Shown here: positions 1-9,248 of the stretch, in pieces
Position numbering within the stretch: the stretch's first letter is position 1
Layout: every line of letters starts with the position of its first letter
Assembly: GCA_965202785.1 (NCBI GenBank)
Contig: OZ241855.1
Coordinates: 832,001-896,000 of the forward strand
Reading direction: 5' to 3'
DNA length: 64,000 bases
From: Thermodesulfobacteriota bacterium
Lineage (GTDB): Bacteria; Desulfobacterota_D; UBA1144; Nemesobacterales; Nemesobacteraceae
The notes under the pieces: model-generated
Told to the model about the DNA's origin: nothing
What the model saw: the letters and a program-made list of their open reading frames with translations, nothing else
Databases searched by the model: none
Position numbers and translations under genes: made by a program

Positions 1-28
1 CCCTCCGCAGCGCTCAGGGCTTCGAAGC

Positions 29-1507
29 CTAGGACTTTCCACCCGAGCGGCTCCTCCCCCAAAGCCCAAAGAACAGAACCGCGGTGAGTAAAAACAGGTT
101 AAACCCTGCGACCTTGAGATTGCTTTGGTCCCCAGAGACAATTGCACATCCTCCATCTCCGCCATCTCCACCGTCAACATCTCCGCCATCTCCGTCATCG
201 CGTCCTGGGAAAACCGGATATCTGTGAAGCTGGTCGCGGGCAAATGCTGATAAGTCATCAGGGATGGGCTGACACGTCCCGCCCTCGGGTTCGTAATATT
301 CCCTGTCCTCGGGGTAAATACCGGAAACAATAACAAAGTTCGCTCTCGTGGCGCCGCCGAAGGTTGTTGGTAAAACGTAGCTCACCTTGAGCGACGTACC
401 AGGGGATAAGCCCGGTATAGGGTTTCCATCCTCAGCAAGCACTTTGTCATCGTCTCTAACAGGGTTAGACCAATAGTATTCGACAAAACGATTGTTCTCG
501 TCCTGTTCTTCTAATTTCTGAGCAACGATCTGATCGACATCGACACAGCCGTCATAGGCAATAAGCGCTGAATCCTTAAGTGCCGGAGAGAGCCCGTTAA
601 AGACACTGTATCGTTTGCCCTCATGTCTGAACATAACGAAATATATGGACCCCGATCTCCAAGTTTCCTCCCTCCAGCAGGGCCTGAGTCGAATTAATCT
701 TCCGGTTACAGCTCCTCTTTGCCGCTCATCTGAGAGCATGTCATATCCGGGGAAGAGTCTGCGAAAACGGTTAATCTCCTCGGTAATATGCTCCTCTACC
801 GTTTTCACATAATTCTTAAGAGTCTCCCTGTCGGCAGCCATATCAAGCATTCCAGCGCTTACACGTGTAAAGCTTTCTCCATCGGAGTCTGTTCCGGATT
901 CGCTAAAGTATTGGGGGCCGAAATCACGACACGCGCCTAGCGCCTTGGAAAAATCCACATCACCCGGCTCATGATCAAAGCCCGCGACCGTATAAACAAT
1001 ACCTTGGGCTCCTGTTTGTCTTGTACTAGTAGTTTGAACGGCGCAGATATGGTTGCCATGTTCCCCGGTCTCATCTCTAACGCAGGCTGGTTGCTCGCCT
1101 GATTGCTCTACTTCCGTCATGAGTCGGTCAAAAACTCCGATGTTTCTCAAAGACCCATCCAGGGCAGCGTTCTGGTCCGCATGGAAACCTATAACTTCAC
1201 CTGCTCTGAGGTTCTGGAGTCCGCTTGATGCTCGATTAACGATGATAACGTATGTAGCGCCGCTCTTCCAAACTCCATCATTAGCTCTCATGGCGTTGCG
1301 GAACTCAGCCTCCTCATCGTAGTCTCTGATTTGCTCCCGGTGCTCTTTTACGTGCAGCACGAAGTCTTTCATAGCTTGCTCGGTATTCATCTCACTCGCC
1401 TGTTGGGCAGTTGTTGTATGCATTTCATGCGCGGAAGCGGGATGCGTATCGGCAAAAGCAACAGCAAGAACAAACATGAAGCAGAAAAGCAGTAGAGAAT
1501 TTTTCAT
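29..1507 (-). CDS. Secreted/surface-anchored protein with two Cache-like repeats and a C-terminal GGC-TM-basic sorting signal
   Basis: Start moved to ATG 1507 (GGAGA RBS, signal peptide MKNSLLLFCF...ASA). Motifs WKSGATYVII / WRSGSIYFVMF, FVEYYWSNP, KVSYV, IVSGIYP resemble single Cache domains. Gly/Asp linker, then GGCAI, hydrophobic helix and RSR. Confidence 0.65.
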   Translation of the reverse strand: MKNSLLLFCFMFVLAVAFADTHPASAHEMHTTTAQQASEMNTEQAMKDFVLHVKEHREQIRDYDEEAEFRNAMRANDGVWKSGATYVIIVNRASSGLQNLRAGEVIGFHADQNAALDGSLRNIGVFDRLMTEVEQSGEQPACVRDETGEHGNHICAVQTTSTRQTGAQGIVYTVAGFDHEPGDVDFSKALGACRDFGPQYFSESGTDSDGESFTRVSAGMLDMAADRETLKNYVKTVEEHITEEINRFRRLFPGYDMLSDERQRGAVTGRLIRLRPCWREETWRSGSIYFVMFRHEGKRYSVFNGLSPALKDSALIAYDGCVDVDQIVAQKLEEQDENNRFVEYYWSNPVRDDDKVLAEDGNPIPGLSPGTSLKVSYVLPTTFGGATRANFVIVSGIYPEDREYYEPEGGTCQPIPDDLSAFARDQLHRYPVFPGRDDGDGGDVDGGDGGDGGCAIVSGDQSNLKVAGFNLFLLTAVLFFGLWGRSRSGGKS

Positions 1508-1645
1508 TTTTTTTAGATCTCCTTTTAGTAATACTTCCAAGTGCTGATTATTCTCTTTCATTGAACAAAAAAACCTGATTTTTGTCAAGGAAAATCTGCA
1601 CTAACTCTTGAGTTCTAATGGTGGGGAAGAAGCTTTTCCGAAGAG

Positions 1646-2134
1646 TTATGATTTCGGTGAATATGGGCTTAGGCACGCTGAGGCCATAGCTGCTATACCT
1701 TCTTTCCTTCCCGTGAAACCCAAGCCTTCGGTTGAAGTTCCCTTCACGTTTACGGCGTCGCTCGAAATTCCTAGGGCATCGGCGATTTTCTCCTCCATAG
1801 CGGATGAATGAGGAGAAATTCTTGGCTCCTCGCACACCACCGTGCAATCAATATTTTCTATACGGTAGCCCTTGTCTGCCATCATCCGGGCGACTTGGGA
1901 GAGAATCGCTAGGCTTGAAGCGTCTTTGTATTTCAGGTCGTTCGGTGGAAAATGTTTCCCTATGTCTCCCTCGCCGATGGCTCCCAAAATAGCGTCGGCA
2001 ACCGCATGGGAAAGCACGTCGGCGTCGGAATGACCGGCAAGTCCCCGGCAGCCCTGAATCTCAACGCCACCCAGTATGAGTGCTCTTTCCTCGCAAAACG
2101 CGTGTGCGTCAAACCCCGTTCCTATTCTGTGCAT
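1646..2134 (-). CDS. ispF: 2-C-methyl-D-erythritol 2,4-cyclodiphosphate synthase
   Basis: RIGTGFDAH, GHSDADVLSHA, GDIGKHFP, TEGLGFTGRKEGIAA. Confidence 0.97.
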   Translation of the reverse strand: MHRIGTGFDAHAFCEERALILGGVEIQGCRGLAGHSDADVLSHAVADAILGAIGEGDIGKHFPPNDLKYKDASSLAILSQVARMMADKGYRIENIDCTVVCEEPRISPHSSAMEEKIADALGISSDAVNVKGTSTEGLGFTGRKEGIAAMASACLSPYSPKS

Positions 2135-2837
2135 TGACCACTTCTCCTTTGCTTACGATAATTTCAGCTATTTTGAAATCGGCTGCGGTTGTGATTTTCA
2201 TGTTAAGGTCGGTTCCCGCCACTACGCTTACCCCTATTCCCCTTGCTTCCGCAAGCGCCGATTCGTCAGTTGCGTCAAGATCCGCGATACCGTCTGAGCA
2301 ATAGATCTCCGCGAGTATCTCCCGGCGAAAAACCTGTGGAGTCTGGGCCCTCCAGAGTTCCTCCCTCGGAACCGTTTCCGAAATGAACGGTCCGGGCTCC
2401 TGTGCCCGCTTCAACGTGTCTGTAACGGGAACGGCGCATATGCAAGCGCCTGTGCGGGTACACCCCTCTATGACTCTTTTAATCGTGTCGTTATCGACAA
2501 AAGGTCTCGCAGCGTCGTGAATGAGCACCATGTCACTGTCCGGGGGTGTGGCACGAAAACCATTTCTTACGGACACATGCCTTTTTTCGCCCCCGGCGAC
2601 AACAGAGGTGATTTTTTCAAACCCGAAGCTCTCGAGCAGTTCCTCTGAGCGTAAAATTTCGTCCTCGGGCACTACGACCACTACGCTTGTTATGGGTTCG
2701 CTCGACTCGAAAGTCGAAAGGCAGTAGGTAAGAAGAGGTTTTCCGCCGAGCGCGGCGAACTGTTTTTTTCCATGAGTGGAGAATCTTTTAGAAAGACCGG
2801 CGGCCGCCACTACAGCTGAGACTTTTGGGGTACTCAC
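2109..2837 (-). CDS. ispD: 2-C-methyl-D-erythritol 4-phosphate cytidylyltransferase
   Basis: AAAGLSKRF...KQF, LIHDAARPF, AQTPQVF, KITT; adjacent to ispF. Confidence 0.96.
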   Translation of the reverse strand: MSTPKVSAVVAAAGLSKRFSTHGKKQFAALGGKPLLTYCLSTFESSEPITSVVVVVPEDEILRSEELLESFGFEKITSVVAGGEKRHVSVRNGFRATPPDSDMVLIHDAARPFVDNDTIKRVIEGCTRTGACICAVPVTDTLKRAQEPGPFISETVPREELWRAQTPQVFRREILAEIYCSDGIADLDATDESALAEARGIGVSVVAGTDLNMKITTAADFKIAEIIVSKGEVVNAQNRNGV

Positions 2838-2841
2838 AGGG

Positions 2842-3828
2842 TCAGCCCTCTTTTTTCAGTTTTGCGAAAACTATCCTTCCGGTCGGCGTCTGAACCATGC
2901 TCCTCACTGAAACGTCCACGTCTTTTCCTATCTGTCTTGAAGCGTTGTCCGTTACCACCATGGTTCCGTCGTCGAGATAACCGACCGCCTGATGCTGCTC
3001 CTTCCCGGGCTTTACGAGGCTTATTCTTATTGTCTGCCCCTGTTCCACGACGGGTCTCAAGGCGTGGTTTAGATTGTTTATGTTAAGCACGGTGATTTTT
3101 TCGAGGTCGGCGATCTTCTTTAGGTTGTAGTCGTTGGTGATAAGTATTCCGTTCAATCTCTTCGAGAGCTCAATGAGTTTTATGTCCGCGTCTTTTATGT
3201 GTTCGAAATCATGATCGGTCATGCTGACGCTTATCGAAGGGATGTCATTTTGCATCCTGTTTATGATATCAAGTCCCCTTCTGCCGCGAGTTTTTCTTGC
3301 GGGGTCCGAGGAATCCGCTATGTACTGAAGTTCCTGGATGATGAATTTGGGTATTATCAGTTCTCCTTGAAGAAAACCCGTTTCAGCGATATCGGCGATG
3401 CGCCCGTCTATTATGACACTGGTGTCAAGTATTTTCGGGGCAAGCGCCTCCGGCTGCCTGAAAAACGAGTCGGATGCTGCCGTGGCAAGGGAGGTTTTGT
3501 CAAAACCTATTACCGTGCCTATGCAAATGAGAAGCAAGAAGATTCCCGCTTTTACATGCGGAAGCAGGGGCCCGGCTATTGGAAAGCTGTTAAGAATGGT
3601 GAGCACCGCGAGGTATATGAAAGTGGCCGTGAGGATTCCGACTGACATTCCGAGTGCCTGGCGAAGCGAGATTTTCCTGAAAAGCATTCGGAAACCCGCA
3701 AGAACCACAAAAGCTAATATTCCGCAGCCGACGGCCGTAAGAACCGAGTGGGAAAATGAAAGGTAGTCGGGACTGAGAGCAAACGCCGCAAGTGCAAACG
3801 CTATGGAAAGTGTAATAGAAAGTTTCAT
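2842..3828 (-). CDS. Membrane PIN/TRAM domain protein (YacL-like)
   Basis: Four N-terminal TM helices, ILDTSVIIDGRI PIN motif, GYLDDGTMVV TRAM motif; the usual neighbour of ispD. Confidence 0.92.
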   Translation of the reverse strand: MKLSITLSIAFALAAFALSPDYLSFSHSVLTAVGCGILAFVVLAGFRMLFRKISLRQALGMSVGILTATFIYLAVLTILNSFPIAGPLLPHVKAGIFLLLICIGTVIGFDKTSLATAASDSFFRQPEALAPKILDTSVIIDGRIADIAETGFLQGELIIPKFIIQELQYIADSSDPARKTRGRRGLDIINRMQNDIPSISVSMTDHDFEHIKDADIKLIELSKRLNGILITNDYNLKKIADLEKITVLNINNLNHALRPVVEQGQTIRISLVKPGKEQHQAVGYLDDGTMVVTDNASRQIGKDVDVSVRSMVQTPTGRIVFAKLKKEG

Positions 3829-4028
3829 TAATAATCCGGCCCTTCCGAGGGAGCAAGTTATAGAATATATGAAGGCTTGAGTTTTAACAAGTTCTCAGTT
3901 GCGGGCCTGGGGAGACGGTCGGCGGTTTTTCACCGATTTCTGCTGGTCAGTTATAATTACTGCATTCCGGGCGAAATGAACCGGTTTCTTTGATTTTCCA
4001 CACAGCCGGGTTTTCGCGTGGACGAAAC

Positions 4029-4847
4029 ATGATGAAATTCTGCACTCTTGCCAGCGGCAGTTCTGGCAACTCGCTTTATCTTGAGTCGAGATACTCGAAA
4101 ATACTGATTGACGCGGGGATTAGCTTCCGAAGGATCTCGCGGAGTCTCGGGGATATGGGTATAGCCGTGACCGATCTTGACGCTGTAGTGCTTTCGCACG
4201 AGCACGAGGACCACTCAAGAGCTGTCGGGAGAATGTCCGGAGTGCCTGTTTACGTGTCGGGTGAAACCCTTGGCTTCTGGGAAGGAAAAAGAAACGGACG
4301 CAATAACGGAAACAGCGCAAAGAGTCTACATTTGCCCAATGGCGGTATAGAGAAGCTGAGGGAATTTGACTCAGAAGAGCCGTTTCGTATAAACGACCTT
4401 ACCCTTACTCCCTTCTCAGTGGCGCATGATGCCATCGATCCGGTCGGTTTCACCGTAACCGATGGCCGCGTCAAAATAGGCATAGTTACCGACATAGGGA
4501 AACCCACGGCTCTTGTGAGAGAGAGCCTTAAGGACTGTGATGCGCTCGTTCTGGAGTCGAATCATGACAGGGAAATGCTTTTCTCGGGTTCCTACCCTGC
4601 GTACCTCAAGCAGAGAATAAGCGGGGGGCACGGACACCTGTCGAATGATCAGTCAGCATCCCTTCTGGGCGATGTTCTGCACGACGGGTTGAAATACGTT
4701 CTGCTGGCGCACCTAAGCGCGAGGAACAACACTCCTGAGATGGCGCTTGGATGCTCGCTAGAGGTTCTGCGCCAAAGAGGCGCTGAAGGCCGTGTCGCTT
4801 TGGCGGTGGCTCCGCGAAGCGCGGCCGGGGAGGTTATAACGATTTGA
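4029..4847 (+). CDS. MBL-fold metallo-hydrolase (YycJ/WalJ-like)
   Basis: LASGSSGN, SHEHEDH, HDA, ESNHD, GHLSN, HLS; start moved to ATG 4029. Confidence 0.9.
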   Translation: MMKFCTLASGSSGNSLYLESRYSKILIDAGISFRRISRSLGDMGIAVTDLDAVVLSHEHEDHSRAVGRMSGVPVYVSGETLGFWEGKRNGRNNGNSAKSLHLPNGGIEKLREFDSEEPFRINDLTLTPFSVAHDAIDPVGFTVTDGRVKIGIVTDIGKPTALVRESLKDCDALVLESNHDREMLFSGSYPAYLKQRISGGHGHLSNDQSASLLGDVLHDGLKYVLLAHLSARNNTPEMALGCSLEVLRQRGAEGRVALAVAPRSAAGEVITI

Positions 4848-6142
4848 TCTCAAGGTACTCCAGAGAGGAAATGTCGCGGATATGGTCGGATGAAAACCGC
4901 TACCGCATCTGGCTCAAGGTGGAGCTCGCCGTGTGCGAGGCGTGGGCGCATTACGGGGAGATTCCCGCTGATTCTCTCTCCAGCATAAAGGAAAAAGCCG
5001 CCTTTGACATAGAAAGAATCGCCGAGCTTGAAAGGGAACTTAAGCACGACGTTCTGGCTTTTCTCACCTGCGTTTCCGAGTACGTCGGAGACGATTCGAG
5101 ATTCATTCATCTCGGAATGACCTCTTCAGATGTTCTTGATACCACCTTTTCGATACAGCTTCGCGATGCGGGCGGGCTGATATCCGGGGGTCTTCAGAAG
5201 CTGCTCGGGATTCTCCGCAAAAAGGCGTTTGACTACAAGGATACTGCGATGATCGGGCGCTCCCACGGCATACACGCCGAACCTAGGACTCTGGGTCTGG
5301 TGTTTGCCCTGTGGTATGACGAGATGAGAAGGAATCTTGAGAGAATGAGTGCCGCGCGGGACGCTGTAAGCGTGGGGATGATGTCGGGTGCCGTCGGTAC
5401 CTACGCCAATATAACTCCAGGGGTTGAGCGTTACGCGTGCGAGCTGCTTGGGCTCCGTCCTGCGGGAATATCGACGCAGGTGATACAAAGAGACATTTAC
5501 GCGCAGTATTTTCTCTGTCTTTCTCTCATAGCGGCTTCGGTGGAGAAAATTGCTACAGAGATAAGACATTACCAGAGAACCGAGGTAGGAGAGATGGAGG
5601 AGCCCTTTACCGAGGGGCAGAAGGGATCTTCCGCAATGCCGCACAAGAGAAACCCTGTACTTTCGGAAAACCTCTGCGGACTCTCAAGGATAGTAAGATC
5701 CCACTCTGTCGCGGCCCTTGAAAACATAGCCCTCTGGCACGAAAGGGACATAAGCCACTCCTCCGTCGAGAGGGTCATAGGTCCCGACGGAACGATACTT
5801 GTTGATTTCATGCTTGAGAGGCTCTGCGGCCTGATCGAGGGCCTGCGGGTCTATCCCGACAAGCTCGAGAGCAACATCTGGATTACCCGGGGACTGGTTT
5901 TTTCCCAGAAGGTTCTGCTTAAGCTTGTAAAAAAGGGTCTTTCAAGGGAGGAGGCCTACTTGCTCGTGCAGCGAAACGCCACGGAGTGCTGGGAGGGGAA
6001 AAAGGATTTCCGGGATCTGCTGAAAACCGACTTGCAGATAACGGGTATTCTTTCGGATAAAGAGATCGATTCGTGTTTTGAACTTGAAGAAGATCTGAAA
6101 AACATAGACCATATCTTCGCCACCGTTTTCGGCGAGTCATAA
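4844..6142 (+). CDS. purB: Adenylosuccinate lyase
   Basis: HLGMTSSD, GRSHGIHAEP, GSSAMPHKRNP, HERDISHSSVER. Confidence 0.97.
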   Translation: MISRYSREEMSRIWSDENRYRIWLKVELAVCEAWAHYGEIPADSLSSIKEKAAFDIERIAELERELKHDVLAFLTCVSEYVGDDSRFIHLGMTSSDVLDTTFSIQLRDAGGLISGGLQKLLGILRKKAFDYKDTAMIGRSHGIHAEPRTLGLVFALWYDEMRRNLERMSAARDAVSVGMMSGAVGTYANITPGVERYACELLGLRPAGISTQVIQRDIYAQYFLCLSLIAASVEKIATEIRHYQRTEVGEMEEPFTEGQKGSSAMPHKRNPVLSENLCGLSRIVRSHSVAALENIALWHERDISHSSVERVIGPDGTILVDFMLERLCGLIEGLRVYPDKLESNIWITRGLVFSQKVLLKLVKKGLSREEAYLLVQRNATECWEGKKDFRDLLKTDLQITGILSDKEIDSCFELEEDLKNIDHIFATVFGES

Positions 6143-6163
6143 ATAGCAAGGAGTTTCCACAAA

Positions 6164-7207
6164 ATGAGAAAAGAAGTATTCGCCCCAAAGGCGAGAGGAT
6201 CTGTTTTTGCGACGGTTGTTTTAGCGATCCTGGCAACGGTTTTTCTTTCCCCCGCGAGCCTCTTTGCGCTCGATAACGTTGACCCCGGAAAACTTGAGTA
6301 CCACTTCAAGAACCGCTACGGGGTTTACCTTCCTGCCGGCTTTACGGTAAAGGTTGTTAAAGGGAAGGATTCTGAGATGAAAGGGTTCAAACAGGGCAGC
6401 TACGAAGTCGGATTTTCCGACGGCCAAAGCCGAAGCTTCCCGTTTCTTGTAAGTCGTGACGGGAATTTTTTGATAATGGGCAACGTGCCCACCATAAAAG
6501 TGGATGAGATGAAGGAAACGGGTGTCAAGGGAGTCAGGCAAGGGTTTATTGCCTCGGAAGGCGGACAGGTTCCGATTCTGGTTTCAGGCGACCGCAAAAC
6601 GATAATGGTCGGCAAGCTTGAGAATCTCGAAGATGATCCTGCAGCAGAGACCGCCCGGAAAATTTCTCTTGAGAATGTTCCTTCAAAAGGAGATCCCAAG
6701 GCTCAGGTAACCGTAGTTGAGTACTCGGATTTTCAATGCGGCTATTGCTCCAGGGCCGCAACCGGGGTCGCAGATTTGCTCAAGGATTACAAAGGCAAAG
6801 TCAGGGTTTTTTACAAGCAGTTCCCCCTTTCGTTTCACAAGTGGGCCGAGGATGCCTCGATCGCCTCTCTTTGCGTGTATGACCAGGCAAACGACAAATT
6901 CTGGGAGTTCCATGACGCCATTTTCGAAAAGCAGAGTGAAATAAAGGTTGCCGGCGCCAAGGAGACCTTTGCAGAAATGGCGCGCAACCTCGGGATCGAC
7001 ATGAAAAAATACGATGAGTGCGTTAAATCCGAGGAAACCAGGCGGAGGGTAGCTTCGGACATGAATGAAGGCAGGTCGATCGGGGTAAGCGGCACTCCGA
7101 CATTCGTGGTTGACGGCTTCGTGATCTCGGGAGGGGCTAACATGAAAGCGATTAGAAACGCCGTGGATTATCGACTCTCCCTGAAGCCTGAAAGTTCCGG
7201 GATGTAG
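6164..7207 (+). CDS. Periplasmic DsbA/DsbC-family thiol-disulfide oxidoreductase
   Basis: Signal peptide, EYSDFQCGYC active site, cis-Pro loop GVSGTPTF. Confidence 0.9.
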   Translation: MRKEVFAPKARGSVFATVVLAILATVFLSPASLFALDNVDPGKLEYHFKNRYGVYLPAGFTVKVVKGKDSEMKGFKQGSYEVGFSDGQSRSFPFLVSRDGNFLIMGNVPTIKVDEMKETGVKGVRQGFIASEGGQVPILVSGDRKTIMVGKLENLEDDPAAETARKISLENVPSKGDPKAQVTVVEYSDFQCGYCSRAATGVADLLKDYKGKVRVFYKQFPLSFHKWAEDASIASLCVYDQANDKFWEFHDAIFEKQSEIKVAGAKETFAEMARNLGIDMKKYDECVKSEETRRRVASDMNEGRSIGVSGTPTFVVDGFVISGGANMKAIRNAVDYRLSLKPESSGM

Positions 7208-7226
7208 CTTCGGCGGGGTTCCGACC

Positions 7227-8015
7227 ATGAAATGTCCTGAGTGCGGTTACACGAGCTTTGATTATCTTGAGGAGTGCAAGAAATGCGGGGCCGCCCTGTC
7301 TCCCGTACCTATTTTCAAGTATCTCTATGAAGACGAGTTGAGCACGGAGGTGATTATTGACAGGAGCGTGCAGCCTTTTGCCGAAGATGTTCTAGCCGGG
7401 GTCAAGACAGTCGGGACGACGTTTGAACTCAGCCCTGTGGGCGATCCTCGCGATGAAGGGTCTCCCGAGGACGAACTTGAGGATTTTCTTGCCTTTGAAA
7501 GAGATATGGGCGAGGAGGTCACGGAACAAGAAGAGCAGCAGGAAAAGGAAGAGCAGATAGAAAAAGAGAGTCCACCTCCCCTGCCCCACGGTATGGTTCC
7601 CGCGACCTCCGGGGAGAGGCTTTTCGCATTTTCCGTCGATCTTCTGTTTACTCTTTGCGTTGCCGCAGCCGCGCTTTTCTCGGGGGCGAATCTCATTGGA
7701 GAAACTTTTTTCCCGGGCTTCGGAGAATTTGTTTCCATATGGGGGTGGATATGTCTTTCTGCTTACGTGCTGGCAACCACATATTTCGTTTTTCTTCCCT
7801 CCTGGTGCGGAACGACTCTTGGAAACTCGGTTGCGGGTATCCGTGTGGTGATGCGGGATGGTTCTCCTGCCGGATTCCAGACGAATTTGCTCAGATGGGT
7901 CGGCTGGATTTTTTCTGTGACCACAGTTTTCACGGGTTTCGCGCTTTCGATGTTTGACCCGCAACGTAAGACTCTCAGCGACCGTCTCTGCGGAACTTTC
8001 GTCGTGAGGGCCTGA
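7227..8015 (+). CDS. RDD family membrane protein with N-terminal zinc ribbon
   Basis: CPECG...CKKCG, acidic linker, RLFAFSVD...TLSDRLCGTFVV. Confidence 0.85.
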   Translation: MKCPECGYTSFDYLEECKKCGAALSPVPIFKYLYEDELSTEVIIDRSVQPFAEDVLAGVKTVGTTFELSPVGDPRDEGSPEDELEDFLAFERDMGEEVTEQEEQQEKEEQIEKESPPPLPHGMVPATSGERLFAFSVDLLFTLCVAAAALFSGANLIGETFFPGFGEFVSIWGWICLSAYVLATTYFVFLPSWCGTTLGNSVAGIRVVMRDGSPAGFQTNLLRWVGWIFSVTTVFTGFALSMFDPQRKTLSDRLCGTFVVRA

Positions 8016-8026
8016 TCTGGCGTACT

Positions 8027-9247
8027 ATGCTTATAGAGCAGCTTGAAAGAACTATCGCTGGCAAACGCGGGGAGATTTCCCGCTGGATAGAGTTCCATTG
8101 CGAAAAGGTGATGGTACCGCTTTACAGCTCCGTTGACTTGCGTTTCTCCGATCATAAGATTGCCCCTATAGACACCAATGTTTTTCCCGCAGGCTTTAAC
8201 AACCTTTCTGCGGGATTCAGAAAAAACGCGGGAAAGCTCTTCAGGGAATATCTTTTTTCCAGGTACCCGAGCGCCGAAAAGATCCTTTTGGTTCCAGAGC
8301 TCAATACCAAAAACACCTACTACTGGGAAAATGTCTGGGTAATAAAGTCTGTTCTGGAGGACGAAGGCTACGAGGTGCGCGTCGGCATTGCGAACGAGGA
8401 ATTTCGAAGGGAGACTGTCTCGTTCAGTTCGGCAAGCGGGAAGGTGATCGAGGCGAAGCGGATTTTTCAGGAGGAAGGTTCGGCGATGATAGAGGGATTC
8501 GTGCCCGATATCGTGATGATAAACAACGATTTTTCTGAGAAGTGTCCGAAAACCCTGCACAATTTACGCCAGCCTGTTTTGCCGCCCGTTGAAATAGGAT
8601 GGCACGCGAGAAAAAAAGACGTGCATTTCGAGTTTTATAATCGTCTCAGCTGCGAACTTGCCGAAATACTGGAGGTTGACCCCTGGGTGATGTCGGTTGA
8701 AACCGTCTTGGAAAGCGGGGTGGATTTCGATTTTCCCGAGGACAGGGAGCGGGTTTCCGAAAGAGCCGGGGAAATTCTCTCAAGGGTGAGAGACGGGTAT
8801 TCCAAAAGAGACATAGACCACGAGCCCTCGCTTTTCGTCAAAAGCAATTCAGGTACCTACGGCATGGCTGTTGCGAGCGTCAGCGACCCGCAAAGCATAT
8901 TAGGGATGAACTCGCGCGACCGCAAGAGGATGCGGGTTTCGAAGGGAGGAGTGCCGGTTCGGGACGTGGTCATACAGGAGGGAGTGCCGACCTCGCTTCG
9001 CGTCGGGGACGATCTTGTCGGCGAACCGGTTGTTTACCTTGTTCAGTCTCAGGTGGCGGGAATGTTCTACAGGGTTAATCCCCTTCGAGGCGAACTTGAA
9101 AACCTCAATTCAAAGGGGATGGAGTTTCTGCCGTGCGAAGATTCCTTCGCAAACGGGATTCCTCCGGCGTTTGATCTTGTCTCCAAGGTTGCTACTATCG
9201 CCGCGGGCTACGAGATAGAAAAAGTCCTTAGGGACGTGGATTGCTGA
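8027..9247 (+). CDS. gshA: Glutamate--cysteine ligase (GshA family)
   Basis: PLYSSVDLR, APIDTNVFPAGFNNL, FVKSNSGTYGM, IQEGVPT. Confidence 0.85.
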   Translation: MLIEQLERTIAGKRGEISRWIEFHCEKVMVPLYSSVDLRFSDHKIAPIDTNVFPAGFNNLSAGFRKNAGKLFREYLFSRYPSAEKILLVPELNTKNTYYWENVWVIKSVLEDEGYEVRVGIANEEFRRETVSFSSASGKVIEAKRIFQEEGSAMIEGFVPDIVMINNDFSEKCPKTLHNLRQPVLPPVEIGWHARKKDVHFEFYNRLSCELAEILEVDPWVMSVETVLESGVDFDFPEDRERVSERAGEILSRVRDGYSKRDIDHEPSLFVKSNSGTYGMAVASVSDPQSILGMNSRDRKRMRVSKGGVPVRDVVIQEGVPTSLRVGDDLVGEPVVYLVQSQVAGMFYRVNPLRGELENLNSKGMEFLPCEDSFANGIPPAFDLVSKVATIAAGYEIEKVLRDVDC

Positions 9248-9248
9248 G

